Below are positions 35,919-46,160 of a DNA stretch of 64,000 nt, in pieces. The stretch comes from an uncultured virus (IMG/VR IMGVR_UViG_3300025751_000002) (taxonomy: Duplodnaviria > Heunggongvirae > Uroviricota > Caudoviricetes). How positions within the stretch are numbered: position 1 is the first letter of the stretch; the number at the start of each line of letters is the position of its first letter. Below the pieces are notes generated by a model. It was not told the DNA's origin, did no database searches, and worked only from the letters and a program-made list of their open reading frames with translations. Both the position numbers and the translations under genes were made by a program. The DNA lies in IMG/VR virus record IMGVR_UViG_3300025751_000002. One strand, 5' to 3'.

Positions 35919-36443
35919 TTAAATAATGTTTAAAACGGCATAAACACCAAAATGTTTCTGCGCAAAAACATTGTAAGCCAATGCTGCTTGTTCTTCCTTA
36001 TCAAAACAGCCTAGATGATATTTTTTATTATTTAACCATGCTTGTGCGGCCCATTTGTTTCGTTTTTTATACACACCTTTCCATCTGCTTTGCGGCTCTG
36101 TTTTATATTTTTTCTTTTTTCCATTTGCTGCATTTTGAGATCTATTGGCAAGTCTTAAATCTTTTTTGTTGTTTTTATCACCATCATTAATGGTGTGATC
36201 GACTTCAAAATTACCTGGGTCTTTTTTATTTCTAAGCAAATACAATATTCTGTGTACGTAATAATCTTTCTTGTTTATGCGAACTACCCAATAACCATGA
36301 GGTTTTAAAGAACCAGCCGGATCGCCTGGCTTAAATCGCAAAGAAGTTGGATTTTTCCAAACGAGTCCGCTTTTTGAACTGGAACATTCTTGGAAATAAT
36401 AAAATGCTTTTTCGTAGGAAAGCAAAGGCTTTTTGGTTTTCAT
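35919..36443 (-). CDS. HNH homing endonuclease with AP2-like domain
   Basis: YVHRIL...VDH..NN...LRLANRSQN and KGVY...WAAQ...HLGCF..EEQAALAYN. Confidence 0.85.
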   Translation of the reverse strand: MKTKKPLLSYEKAFYYFQECSSSKSGLVWKNPTSLRFKPGDPAGSLKPHGYWVVRINKKDYYVHRILYLLRNKKDPGNFEVDHTINDGDKNNKKDLRLANRSQNAANGKKKKYKTEPQSRWKGVYKKRNKWAAQAWLNNKKYHLGCFDKEEQAALAYNVFAQKHFGVYAVLNII

Positions 36444-36477
36444 TTTTGATAGAATAAAATCAATACACTAGGCCGTA

Positions 36478-37314
36478 ATGACCTGCATTTGGGAAGAATC
36501 CAAAAAACAATGGTCCCAAACCCTAACGGAATTGAATAAAGGTCCTGCCAGGATAGCAATAAAAGGACGTAGACATTACGTTACACCGTTACCTACTGGA
36601 CCTGCGCCGTCTGTAACTACTATTATTAGCGAAACAGCTTCCGAAGCAAACAAACGGAAGCTTGAAATGTGGTCTAAAGCTAATCCAGGTGTTAAAGAAG
36701 CTGCTGCAGAACGTGGTACTGCCATTCACTACGGCATGGAACAGTACCTCAAAGGTAATAAAACCCCGGACATTAAAGAAGAATACGCTGATTTTTGGTC
36801 GGGTATGCCACCGATTCTGGATCAGTTCCAGGAAGTCCTTTGGGCTGAGTCTCCTGTTCTGGATAAGTTTGACTTCACTATTGGTGCTGATGATGTCGCT
36901 CGTGTCTGGGGTTGTGATGACGAAGGCAGGGCTTGGGCTGGTGCTCCTGACATTATCGCTGTTGCTAATAATAAGTTAACTCTTGCTGACCTAAAGACCA
37001 GCGTCAAACCTTACAGCCGTAAGTGGCCTAAAGATGTAGAAAAAGGTTCCCAGGAATGGAGAGATCTGTTGGGTGGTCACCTTAAGTTTAAAAAAACTTG
37101 CAAGCAACTCGCGGCATATGATATTGCAATTGAACAAACACTCGGCATGACCGTACAGCAAGCAGCTATTTTAGTTTCTACACCTGTGCGTACGCAAATT
37201 TTTAAAATTTCGAGAAAATTTCTTAATTCTTTAAGAGAAGACTGGTACGCATTAGTTGCTGAGTATTACACCCAAATCGAAAATTGTGGAGTTTATGACC
37301 CAGACCTCATCTAA
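36478..37314 (+). CDS. PD-(D/E)xK exonuclease
   Basis: PSVTTII, RGTAIH, AGAPDII...ADLKTS, QLAAY. Confidence 0.8.
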   Translation: MTCIWEESKKQWSQTLTELNKGPARIAIKGRRHYVTPLPTGPAPSVTTIISETASEANKRKLEMWSKANPGVKEAAAERGTAIHYGMEQYLKGNKTPDIKEEYADFWSGMPPILDQFQEVLWAESPVLDKFDFTIGADDVARVWGCDDEGRAWAGAPDIIAVANNKLTLADLKTSVKPYSRKWPKDVEKGSQEWRDLLGGHLKFKKTCKQLAAYDIAIEQTLGMTVQQAAILVSTPVRTQIFKISRKFLNSLREDWYALVAEYYTQIENCGVYDPDLI

Positions 37315-37723
37315 GCGTTGCACTCGCTGCAAAAAAGTAAAACAATTTAGTTATTTTGGTTTTTCTGGCTATATTAAAAAGAATGGCGAAGCAAGCCTTT
37401 CTTCAATATGTCGTGAATGCCAAAACGAATTGCGAGTAGAAAGAAAATTTGGTGTAAATTATAAACACTATAAAGCAATTCTAAAAGCGCAAGGTGGTTG
37501 TTGTGCTAACCCAGGTTGCCGTTCTATGACGCCCGGCGCACCCGGAAGGAAGCGGTTTTATATAGACCATTGCCATGAAACAGGAAAAATAAGAGGACTT
37601 CTCTGCCACTCATGTAATCTTGCATTAGGACACATACAAGATAAAGTTGAGAAACTAGAAGGTTTAATTACGTATTTAAATGATCAAACAACTTCTTGGG
37701 GCCATATACAAAAAAATAATTAA
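37295..37723 (+). CDS. endonuclease VII-like protein
   Basis: QGGCCANPGC...IDHCHETGKIRGLLCHSCNLALG. Confidence 0.8.
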   Translation: MTQTSSKRCTRCKKVKQFSYFGFSGYIKKNGEASLSSICRECQNELRVERKFGVNYKHYKAILKAQGGCCANPGCRSMTPGAPGRKRFYIDHCHETGKIRGLLCHSCNLALGHIQDKVEKLEGLITYLNDQTTSWGHIQKNN

Positions 37724-37991
37724 ATGGTGGCATAAAATATGGTTTGAAGCAAAGCTAAAAGCAACGCTTGATACCATTGAAATTAACAATAGGATTCAAG
37801 CTGAACTAGAGCTAGAGAAAGCTAATCAACCAATCTACAAAGAACACCCAATTGATTCTGAACTACAGACCGGTGAGTCCCAAAAGCTTGGTGGGATGAT
37901 CCAACTTACTGCACCTTGGTATACTGATGGCCTACAACCCCCACACTCCCATGGAAGCACGCAAGCGTCTGGCTTGGACGATCGCATGTGA
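37680..37991 (+). CDS. hypothetical protein
   Basis: 103-aa ORF. Confidence 0.5.
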   Translation: MIKQLLGAIYKKIIKWWHKIWFEAKLKATLDTIEINNRIQAELELEKANQPIYKEHPIDSELQTGESQKLGGMIQLTAPWYTDGLQPPHSHGSTQASGLDDRM

Positions 37992-38180
37992 ACGTGCTGT
38001 TGTCACGAAGGAAGATGCCGTTCTGCTATACGAAAAGATGATGAAAGAAATGGAAGCAACAGATAAACGTAATAAATATAAAGAAACTGAGTCCAATAAG
38101 TCTTGATTATTTTAAATTAACATTGGCGCTCATGTGATTTGGTGCACGTAGGATAAAAGAACACAAACCAGGCGCTCCCC

Positions 38181-38390
38181 ATGGACATCTATGTCGGCAT
38201 GGGTGAGTGGATGAATAGTCTCATGAGTCGCATGCAAGATGCGATGGATGGGGACTCTTTTTATCTGCCCACCCTCATGCATCTACATGCCTACACAATC
38301 CTAAAGGAAGGCGCATTTCCACATAAACACTTTAGAGTAGAACTCACACCCACCAAGGCACATGACGAGCACGAATTACAAATCTCTTAA
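38181..38390 (+). CDS. hypothetical protein
   Basis: 69-aa ATG ORF before the primase. Confidence 0.5.
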   Translation: MDIYVGMGEWMNSLMSRMQDAMDGDSFYLPTLMHLHAYTILKEGAFPHKHFRVELTPTKAHDEHELQIS

Positions 38391-40971
38391 AGCAGGAGAA
38401 ATTCGTCTCGACTACATCCCTATCGATTGGCCTCTCACCCCCCTTGGGGCAAATAAAGATCCTTACATCCAGGGTTGGCAGAAAACTCCGTTTAGCGTAG
38501 ACGAAATTGAAAAAGAACTCACAACGGGAGAATGTAAAGCAATTGGCGTACTTGGCGGCCCTGCCTATAACCATCCTTTTGGCTTGGTCTGGGTTGATGT
38601 TGATGGACCTAGCGTTTATCAACTCATCGAAGAAATCAGCAATATTCCATTACAAGATGCATTGCCTCCCACCCTTACCATCCTCAGCGGTAAAGTGGGC
38701 AGGGAACGCAGGCTATACAAACTAGACCGTAATAAACACAAGCACTTCCTGCGTAATAAGTACACCTGGCACGCACAAGAAAACAAAGAACGTCTTGAAA
38801 TCTTGTGGAAGAAACACCAAGGTGTGTTAATGGGTTTGCACCCAGAAACTGAAGGTTACTTCACAGCTGATGGCTTGGGTTTTGAATGGGCAGATAAACT
38901 GCCTGAACTACCGGACTGGATCCTGAATGGCATCATCACCAAAAATGCCAAGCTAGGGAAACCGGCACAGGAAACCAGCCGAATGGTTGGTAGTAATTTC
39001 GTTGTCCAAACGCATATCTCATTAGAACGCAATATCAAACAAGCTATTGAAGCAACTTGGGGTATGGCCCCAGGGGCAGCAGATGATTACGACATCTGGA
39101 TCACTGTTGGACAAGTGCTTCATAACTTGGATGAAAGCCTTCTTGATATTTGGGATGAATGGTCCAAACAATCAGATAAGTACAGAGAAGGCGAATGCCA
39201 TAAACGCTGGCTGTCCTTTACTAAAGGTGCAGGCCGTGGCCTCGGTTCCCTTATTCACATCGCTAGTGAGAATGGTTGGACTCCTCCTCAGGACCATAAG
39301 GCGCTAAGTGTTGATGATGAGACACTAGCTGATTCGGAAAAACTACTTCCTCAAATTGAAGAGGATTCTTATATTCACATGGAAATTCTTGCGCAGGAAA
39401 ACTTAGGTTCACAAACTCAAAGCCAGGCGCCTCAGCCGGTAAACAAGTCTGATAAGAAACAGAAATCAAAAGAAAAGCAGCAGCACAATCAACCATCGAA
39501 CAAGATTACCGATGAAGTGCTTGGTATGTATAGCGGAAATTTGCTCTTCAGTCAACCGCACAACCAGTTCTTTGCCTATGACATCACCAGGGGCGTATGG
39601 GAGAAACAAACCAAAATTGAAACTTATGGTTCTATCCGTGAGAAATTACACATCCTTACTCATACCGAGTGGTTGCCCCGTGGCTTCAATCAACGGCTAA
39701 TTGAAGATGTCTATAAACAGCTCCAGGCGTTACTTCCTTTCAGCGATTGGTATGAAGGTACTGATCACCTTCTATTTACCAATGGTGTCCTTGACGTTGA
39801 ATCAAAGAAGCTACTGCCATTCAACAGGGAGCTTTACCTGACCCAACAGATGCCCTATCAATACGATGAGCATGCAACCTGTGAACCAATCATCAAATGG
39901 TTGAAGCACACGCAACATGGTTCCTGGCATCGCGCACAAGTATTACGTGCATGGTTACGAGCAACCCTCCTGGGGCGCTCTGAAATCCAAAAGTTTCTTG
40001 AAATCGTTGGTCCTGGTAAATCTGGTAAATCAACCTACGCAAATCTTGCAGTAGCACTCGTTGGTAAAAGCAATACCTACTCCACTGATTTTGAAAACAT
40101 GGAGAAGAATCGCTTTGAAGCAGCTGCTTATATGGGTAAAAAACTACTCCTATTCCAGGATGCTGATCGTTGGGGTGGTTCTGTCTCCAAACTAAAAGCA
40201 ATCACTGGTAATGATTGGATTCGTAGCGAACGTAAGTATCAGGGAGAAGCACTAGATCCTTTTCAATACCAAGGCATGGTAGTTATTACTGCCAATGAAG
40301 CCATTCAATCCACTGATTACACATCTGGTTTGGCGCGTCGGCGCCTTACAATCCCATTCGATCGACCATTTGAAGGTACACAAGCTGAACAAAAAGAACT
40401 AATCAAGTTCGATAGCAAAGGCAATCCACAAGGAATATTTGCTGCTTTGCTCCCAGGCCTCGTTAACTGGGTACTGGATATGTCAGAAAATGAAATGCGT
40501 TCCTACTTAATGGAAACCGCAAAGCATGTTGACTTCTTCCAGAAGTATGAAAAGGAACAAAGCCTTCGTTCTAACCCACTTCTTGACTGGATGGATAAGC
40601 ATGTGGTCTTTGATCCAGGTGTTGCTGCAGTTATCGGTACCTGTAAAGCAGGACAAGGTGGTAGTAACTTCTATGACAAGCACACCAGGTGGATGTACCC
40701 AAGCTATGCCGAGTTTTGCAGGAGTTGTAATGTAGGTTTTGTGGGACGCAGCCGCTTTGAAGTACTCTTCTTTGATATCTGTAAGCACCAGCTGAAGCTC
40801 AATATCTTTGGTAAAAATGAAGGGCGTGGCATCAAGGTGATTAATGCTGCACTGCGTGACTCAAACCCAACCAAGTATGAGCACTACCCTTCTGTTGTTG
40901 AGGTATCAGCTAATCCCGAAAAGTACTTTGAGCTTTATGGCATGAACCCTTCGGGTAACAATACTAAATAA
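38362..40971 (+). CDS. primase-polymerase / PriCT-2 / D5-like SF3 helicase
   Basis: N-terminal prim-pol WVDVDG, YDIWITVG...WDEWSKQSDKY, Walker A GPGKSGKST, LKAITGND. Confidence 0.85.
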   Translation: MTSTNYKSLKAGEIRLDYIPIDWPLTPLGANKDPYIQGWQKTPFSVDEIEKELTTGECKAIGVLGGPAYNHPFGLVWVDVDGPSVYQLIEEISNIPLQDALPPTLTILSGKVGRERRLYKLDRNKHKHFLRNKYTWHAQENKERLEILWKKHQGVLMGLHPETEGYFTADGLGFEWADKLPELPDWILNGIITKNAKLGKPAQETSRMVGSNFVVQTHISLERNIKQAIEATWGMAPGAADDYDIWITVGQVLHNLDESLLDIWDEWSKQSDKYREGECHKRWLSFTKGAGRGLGSLIHIASENGWTPPQDHKALSVDDETLADSEKLLPQIEEDSYIHMEILAQENLGSQTQSQAPQPVNKSDKKQKSKEKQQHNQPSNKITDEVLGMYSGNLLFSQPHNQFFAYDITRGVWEKQTKIETYGSIREKLHILTHTEWLPRGFNQRLIEDVYKQLQALLPFSDWYEGTDHLLFTNGVLDVESKKLLPFNRELYLTQQMPYQYDEHATCEPIIKWLKHTQHGSWHRAQVLRAWLRATLLGRSEIQKFLEIVGPGKSGKSTYANLAVALVGKSNTYSTDFENMEKNRFEAAAYMGKKLLLFQDADRWGGSVSKLKAITGNDWIRSERKYQGEALDPFQYQGMVVITANEAIQSTDYTSGLARRRLTIPFDRPFEGTQAEQKELIKFDSKGNPQGIFAALLPGLVNWVLDMSENEMRSYLMETAKHVDFFQKYEKEQSLRSNPLLDWMDKHVVFDPGVAAVIGTCKAGQGGSNFYDKHTRWMYPSYAEFCRSCNVGFVGRSRFEVLFFDICKHQLKLNIFGKNEGRGIKVINAALRDSNPTKYEHYPSVVEVSANPEKYFELYGMNPSGNNTK

Positions 40972-40972
40972 G

Positions 40973-41866
40973 TTAGTAAGAACTAGATAAAAGGCCTTCT
41001 AGTTCTTCAATTTTTTTATCTTTTTCTGTTTTAATGCCAAGTGTATTTGATAGCAGGCCACCAAGTCCCATACCCGTAATAACACCAATTTCGTCACCGG
41101 CAAAACGACCTACTGCGCGACCAACATTCTCGCCAGTAACATTTTTGGGGCCTTGTAAAAGTTTTTCAAAGGCCTCTCCCATGTCCATTTCAAGACCTGG
41201 CACTGTTTTACCTTTCTGTAGCATTGCCATTTTTGCAATGTTGTTATCCATATTTGCCGCAGCTTGTACATTAATTAAATTCTCAACTTGATTAAATCCT
41301 TGATTCATTAAATTTTGAAGGCCTTCACCCATTTGTTGTCTTTGAGCTGGAGAAAGATTTTCCAACATTTCAAGACCTGCGCGTCCCTGTCCTGCTGCGC
41401 CAACAAAAGTTTGATACTTTTTAAATGTTTCCGCATCTACTCCATATTTATTTGCAAACGCTTGTGGGTTTTGTAAAGCTTCGTTTAAAAGCTGTGCCGA
41501 TGTTTGTTTTTTAAGCTCTTGTTTGATCTGTCCTTTTCCATAACGCAGTGTTTCTGCGCCGCCGCTTGCTAAAGTTTTTTGTCCTGCAAGCCTTCCAAAA
41601 GAAGCTAATAATCCTGATTGATCTTTTAGAGCTTGTGGGTGCAACCGTTTGCCTATTGCTGCGCCAATATTTTTACCTAGTAAACCAAGGCCAATTCCAC
41701 CTGCAATACCTCCAAGTGTCTGGATAGCAATCTGAGAGGCTGGCGTATCTGAACCAATTAAACTAAGCCCTGCTGCGCCTCCCGCCATAACACCTTCAAC
41801 GCCTTCCTGAAATAAATCACTCTGTTGCAGACGCATAAACTTGCCTGCTAGATCAGCTTTTGACAT
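40973..41866 (-). CDS. hypothetical Gly-rich protein
   Basis: ATG 41866 in ORF 40973-42034, preceded by TAAAATAAA. Confidence 0.65.
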   Translation of the reverse strand: MSKADLAGKFMRLQQSDLFQEGVEGVMAGGAAGLSLIGSDTPASQIAIQTLGGIAGGIGLGLLGKNIGAAIGKRLHPQALKDQSGLLASFGRLAGQKTLASGGAETLRYGKGQIKQELKKQTSAQLLNEALQNPQAFANKYGVDAETFKKYQTFVGAAGQGRAGLEMLENLSPAQRQQMGEGLQNLMNQGFNQVENLINVQAAANMDNNIAKMAMLQKGKTVPGLEMDMGEAFEKLLQGPKNVTGENVGRAVGRFAGDEIGVITGMGLGGLLSNTLGIKTEKDKKIEELEGLLSSSY

Positions 41867-41935
41867 TTTATGTTTTTCTTTTATTTTAATATCATCTATT
41901 TTTTTGTATAGTAAAGGCAGAGTAACTAGTTTATC

Positions 41936-43213
41936 TTGGCAAAAAAACCTAAAGTGCTTTGGTGTGGTGACGTTGTTGCAATGACGGGCTTTGCCCGTGT
42001 AACTGAAAATGTCATCTACCGCCTTAAAGATCACTTTGAAATCGTTGTACTAGGCAATAACTGGTGGGGTGATCCATGTGATCAACAGAAGGATTTCAAA
42101 ATGTATCCTTCGTCAAATCGATTCCAAACGGCTCCTTTTGGTGAGCAACGCATCAGGGAAATCGTTGAACGAGAAGAACCTGACGTGGTATTTAGCATTA
42201 ATGACATGTGGATCATTAATGAGCAATACCGTCAAATTCAAGACCTGCACCAGCAAAAGAAATTTAAATTCGTGGGTTATGCACCCATGGATTCTTATGG
42301 TTGGACTGGTTGTATTGCAGATACTGCCAACAACTGGGATGCAGTTGTTTCCTACACAGAATTTGGTGCATACGAATTTGTAAAAGGCGGTATCACCAAA
42401 CCCATTGCCGTCATTCCGCATGGTGTTACACCAGGGCAGTTCTATCCCATGGATAAACAAGAATGCCGTAAGCAACTGGGGTTAAAGCCGGAGTCGTTTA
42501 TTGTTTTTAATGGAAACCGTAATCAGTTCCGTAAACGTATTGACATTACGATCCAGGCATTTGCTCAGTTTGCCGTAGATAAACCAGAAACACAGCTCTA
42601 CCTGCACATGGGAATGAAGGATCAGGGTTGGGACATCATGAATACCTTTGCCAAGGAAATGGCCAAGGTAGGCCTGGATCCCAACAATCGTTTGGTCATG
42701 ACCAGCCAGGGGGACCAGCCGCCGAACGTACCTTTTGAAATGCTCAACGTCATCTACAACGCTGTTGATGTGGGCGTCAACACCTGCAAAGGAGAAGGCT
42801 GGGGTCTTGTCAACTTTGAACACGCTGCCTGTCGTGTGCCCCAGGTGGTGCCAAACCACACCTCCTGCAAAGAAATCTTTGAGGGCTGCGGTGAGCTGAT
42901 TCGTTGCGACCACGTTGATGTAGACACCAACTACAGCCGTGAGATGCCCTGCCCCTCCTCTGAGCACCTAACAGAGATCCTGAACGATCTGTACCACTCC
43001 CCTGACCGCCGCCAACGTGTCGCTGAGGACTGCTACACACGGGTAACGGATCCCCAATTCCACTGGGATACGGTGGCATCCCAGTTTGGTGGCGTATTTG
43101 AGGACGTGTTGAACCAGGTGGATCATGCTGTCTCACTGGAGGCCAAGAATACCGGTCGGAAACGTAAGAAAAGCAAAGGAAACCGTCGTGAAACGGTGGA
43201 AGCAGTAAAGTAA
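41936..43213 (+). CDS. GT4-family (GT-B) glycosyltransferase
   Basis: TGFARV, IPHGV, NRNQFRKRID, EGWGLVNFEHAAC (Ex7E). Confidence 0.85.
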   Translation: MAKKPKVLWCGDVVAMTGFARVTENVIYRLKDHFEIVVLGNNWWGDPCDQQKDFKMYPSSNRFQTAPFGEQRIREIVEREEPDVVFSINDMWIINEQYRQIQDLHQQKKFKFVGYAPMDSYGWTGCIADTANNWDAVVSYTEFGAYEFVKGGITKPIAVIPHGVTPGQFYPMDKQECRKQLGLKPESFIVFNGNRNQFRKRIDITIQAFAQFAVDKPETQLYLHMGMKDQGWDIMNTFAKEMAKVGLDPNNRLVMTSQGDQPPNVPFEMLNVIYNAVDVGVNTCKGEGWGLVNFEHAACRVPQVVPNHTSCKEIFEGCGELIRCDHVDVDTNYSREMPCPSSEHLTEILNDLYHSPDRRQRVAEDCYTRVTDPQFHWDTVASQFGGVFEDVLNQVDHAVSLEAKNTGRKRKKSKGNRRETVEAVK

Positions 43214-43233
43214 TCCGGTGACTGTGGGTACCA

Positions 43234-43260
43234 GGCCTCTGCTTCGGCAGGGGCTTTTTT
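43234..43260 (+). terminator. intrinsic terminator
   Basis: GCCTCTGC-TTCG-GCAGGGGC followed by T6. Confidence 0.8.
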
Positions 43261-43282
43261 GTGGGTATATGACGTAAAGGAA

Positions 43283-43568
43283 CAGGGTATACCTGCTATC
43301 CCATGCAGTTGGCGTCGTATACCTGCTTGTTTGTGCAGGGTATACCGCCTATCTATCTTTATAGGTAAAAATGTGACACTTCAAAAGTAAAGTGTCGGTA
43401 TCAACCTAAGTCCCAACGATACCTGGGGGAGGGCATGTGACACTTCTGAGTAAAGTGTCGTTGCATGTGACATTTCACTTCTAAAGTGTCACATTTCTGT
43501 ATATAAAGATAGATAGAGGGTATACCCTGCAAAAAAGCGTTGCACTCACGTCGTATACCTGCTATCTT
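43283..43568. repeat. large imperfect inverted repeat with iteron-like repeats (candidate replication origin)
   Basis: arms about 60 bp between 43334 and 43531; GTATACC x5; ATGTGACA...AAAGTGTC x3. Confidence 0.75.
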
Positions 43569-43594
43569 TTGCATCTAGCACCCTCTGGATCCCA

Positions 43595-43972
43595 ATGCCC
43601 CGTAATTACACCCCGATGATGCCGCTCTGGTGGGTGGAGGAGCAGCTGGAATTAACCGACAGGTATCCAACAGGGCTGGCGTGGCGTACGAAGAATCGCT
43701 TCCACGAACCTGGGGACTCGGCAGGGATCCTGCATCAGAACGGCAAATTCTTTTACGTATCTCTTGCAAATGTGAAATTCACTGCCCATCGCCTGGTTTA
43801 TTACCTCCGCACAGGCATTGATCCTGGTAATGCAGATGTACTACATCTTCCTGATAATCCTGAGCGGGACAACAGGAAAGAACTCATCCTCAAACAAAGA
43901 AAACCTGCACGCATTCCCAAGTACAGACGCAACCGCAACCCAAAAGAACTACAAACAACCCTGGTGAACTAA
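43595..43972 (+). CDS. HNH-like protein (degenerate)
   Basis: TGLAW...AHRLVYYL..G.DP...VLH...DN. Confidence 0.55.
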   Translation: MPRNYTPMMPLWWVEEQLELTDRYPTGLAWRTKNRFHEPGDSAGILHQNGKFFYVSLANVKFTAHRLVYYLRTGIDPGNADVLHLPDNPERDNRKELILKQRKPARIPKYRRNRNPKELQTTLVN

Positions 43973-44713
43973 ATGGCAAATTTCGTTAGTGGCTACCAAC
44001 GGCACGTGGATGCCTTCTCAGATTTTGTTTTTGTCCATGACATTGATTCTTTGTCTGATGAACAGTTAGATGCCCACGGTTACTACCGTGGCTTTGTTTG
44101 TCCGCACGGTCATTACATCCGTAATAAAGATAAGCACTGGTGTTATGAATGCGTCAGAAAAATAATGAACAATAATTGTGGTTTTGATATCAATTACATG
44201 CACGGTCAATACAAAATAAAACTTCTTTCCTTGTGGGAACGTATCACTATTGGTGAACCAGACGAATGCTGGGATTCACATACGCTTACAACACCACGTG
44301 TAAACATACCTTCTTACCGTTCGTTAAATAAACCAAGAGTTACCGATAATATCAATGTGCATAAAGTGATTTACCATTGCGCCTGGGGTGATGTCGGCAG
44401 TTTATTTGTGACACGTACTTGTAAAAATAAAAAATGCATGAATCCTTTGCATATGGTATCCAGTTGGAATCGTGTGTTTCCACCTGAGACCATGCATCCT
44501 TTCTGCCCTGAATTTGATCCTCAAAAACTAATGTACTTTGCAAGGAATAACATGCAAGAAAAACCTAAACAACTCCTGGAAGCAGAGTACAAAAACACAA
44601 TCCAACATCCGCTAGTGAATAAAAATACCCCCGATTATGATGAGGAGAAGGAAATGTATTACGGTTTATATGCGAAGAAATACCACAAGTCAAGTAAGGA
44701 GGAGTCAGGATGA
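43973..44713 (+). CDS. Zn-binding HNH-related protein
   Basis: CPHGH...CYEC, ECW, VHKVIY, CKNKKCMNPLH. Confidence 0.55.
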   Translation: MANFVSGYQRHVDAFSDFVFVHDIDSLSDEQLDAHGYYRGFVCPHGHYIRNKDKHWCYECVRKIMNNNCGFDINYMHGQYKIKLLSLWERITIGEPDECWDSHTLTTPRVNIPSYRSLNKPRVTDNINVHKVIYHCAWGDVGSLFVTRTCKNKKCMNPLHMVSSWNRVFPPETMHPFCPEFDPQKLMYFARNNMQEKPKQLLEAEYKNTIQHPLVNKNTPDYDEEKEMYYGLYAKKYHKSSKEESG

Positions 44714-45569
44714 CCCCTTGGTTTTGGGTACTTTCAGCCAAACATCTCTACGTTATCTAACAGGATCTTTTGGTCCAAAATACCGTCCAATTGGTAAAGC
44801 AGATACCGGTCAAATTTCAAACGGAGGCATTGGTGGAGGTACCTACAATAACTGGTTTCAAATAAACATTACCTCTCCTGCTTGGATTATCATTGCCAAA
44901 GGTCCGCCAAGACCTAAGTATATCCAAGTGTCTGCTTACAATTTAAATAAGATACCTTTAACAAGTAAAGGAATTTTTGATGCAGATTCTATTGCGATAG
45001 GAAATTACTATCCTTATCTTGGTCAAATAATATCGGCGGGTTCTGATCTATACAATACCTATGAAAGGTTACGTTTAGATCGTGGCGATGATCGGTATTT
45101 CCCACTGGAAGCAGGGAGCTATCTTATTTGTGTTTCTAGTACACGCAATGAACCCTTGGATTATTCGCTGGGAATTATAATTGAATTCCCTGAAACAGAA
45201 GGTTTATTTGCATTAGAAGATAATGACGGAAGTATTCTGTCGCAAGAAACTTCTGTTAATTCCGCTGAGGTTGAAAGTCCTGTTAATTCAAATATTTCAA
45301 TTCCACTTGATGCTTTTACAGAAGAAGAATGTATTATTAATCCAGGAATAACTGTTACAGTAGAAGCATCAGCTGAATGGTTAATTGGCGATCGAATTCC
45401 AGAGGCAGACCTTGCCTTATTTGGTGTTATTTTAGAGCCTGGTGATCCTGCTTACTTCCAAACAATTCATGATCATTCATTGTCAGAATGGAAAGCGGCT
45501 TGGGATCGAGAGCATCAACAAGACGATCGCTTCCCTGAACTATTTGTAGGTTTGACTAACCGAGGATGA
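44670..45569 (+). CDS. hypothetical protein, possibly virion
   Basis: about 300-aa beta-rich ORF. Confidence 0.6.
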   Translation: MRRNTTSQVRRSQDDPLVLGTFSQTSLRYLTGSFGPKYRPIGKADTGQISNGGIGGGTYNNWFQINITSPAWIIIAKGPPRPKYIQVSAYNLNKIPLTSKGIFDADSIAIGNYYPYLGQIISAGSDLYNTYERLRLDRGDDRYFPLEAGSYLICVSSTRNEPLDYSLGIIIEFPETEGLFALEDNDGSILSQETSVNSAEVESPVNSNISIPLDAFTEEECIINPGITVTVEASAEWLIGDRIPEADLALFGVILEPGDPAYFQTIHDHSLSEWKAAWDREHQQDDRFPELFVGLTNRG

Positions 45570-45836
45570 TTAAACAACTTTTTTCTTTTCTGTTCCAAAA
45601 GGTAACACCTGGTACTACAACAGAACGTTGGTTGCGTTATTGTAAAAAGAATCCAAGTGCTGCTTGCTGTCGTATTTACGATTTATAAATGGAAAAAGAA
45701 AAAGAAACAAAAGAAAAACAGTCAAACATCTCAGAAGCCACTGAAAAAGATTGGGCTGACTTCTTTGAAGTACAAGAAGATTTAAGGTATCTATTTGATA
45801 GGTGACAAATTAGAATAAAAGAAATGAGGCAAACTA

Positions 45837-46001
45837 ATGCTACATCTTAATCAGTACATTGAAGTTGCATTTGCTGTACACGCAGCAGCTTCTGCTATTT
45901 GTGCTTTGACTCCTACCAAGAAAGATGACACCATCCTTGGTTATCTCTATAAGGTAATTGAGTTCCTTGCACTTAACATTGGACGTGCCAAAGAGCGTTA
46001 A
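45837..46001 (+). CDS. small holin-like membrane protein (54 aa, below track cutoff)
   Basis: hydrophobic helix, LTPTKKDD, amphipathic helix; near the endolysin; TAGAATAAA upstream. Confidence 0.5.
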   Translation: MLHLNQYIEVAFAVHAAASAICALTPTKKDDTILGYLYKVIEFLALNIGRAKER

Positions 46002-46159
46002 TCAGGTAATGCCTGGAACCAAAAAACGCATCCATTATTTGCTTCTACCCAATCCCTAGTTGCGTACGCTTCTTCTTTTGGAAGTGTTACGCATTTTTTT
46101 TCTTCTCCAACTTCCCAGCAAATGTTAACCCTTATGTAGGGTTCTTTATATTTTTTCAC
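45998..46159 (-). CDS. small hypothetical protein
   Basis: 3' part of ORF 45998-46231. Confidence 0.45.
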   Translation of the reverse strand: MKKYKEPYIRVNICWEVGEEKKCVTLPKEEAYATRDWVEANNGCVFWFQALPD

Positions 46160-46160
46160 C

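Noticed and set aside
36478..37314. Cas4 / CRISPR adaptation gene
   Set aside because: It lacks the four-Cys Fe-S arrangement; an ordinary phage PD-(D/E)xK exonuclease fits better.
5794..38104. GAGTCCAATAAG occurring at about 5794 and about 38090
   Set aside because: Only two copies noticed, one inside a CDS; not distinguishable from chance without a count.
15389..40971. Inteins, introns or stop-codon recoding in pol, primase or thyX
   Set aside because: ORFs are continuous, of expected size, and end at standard stops.
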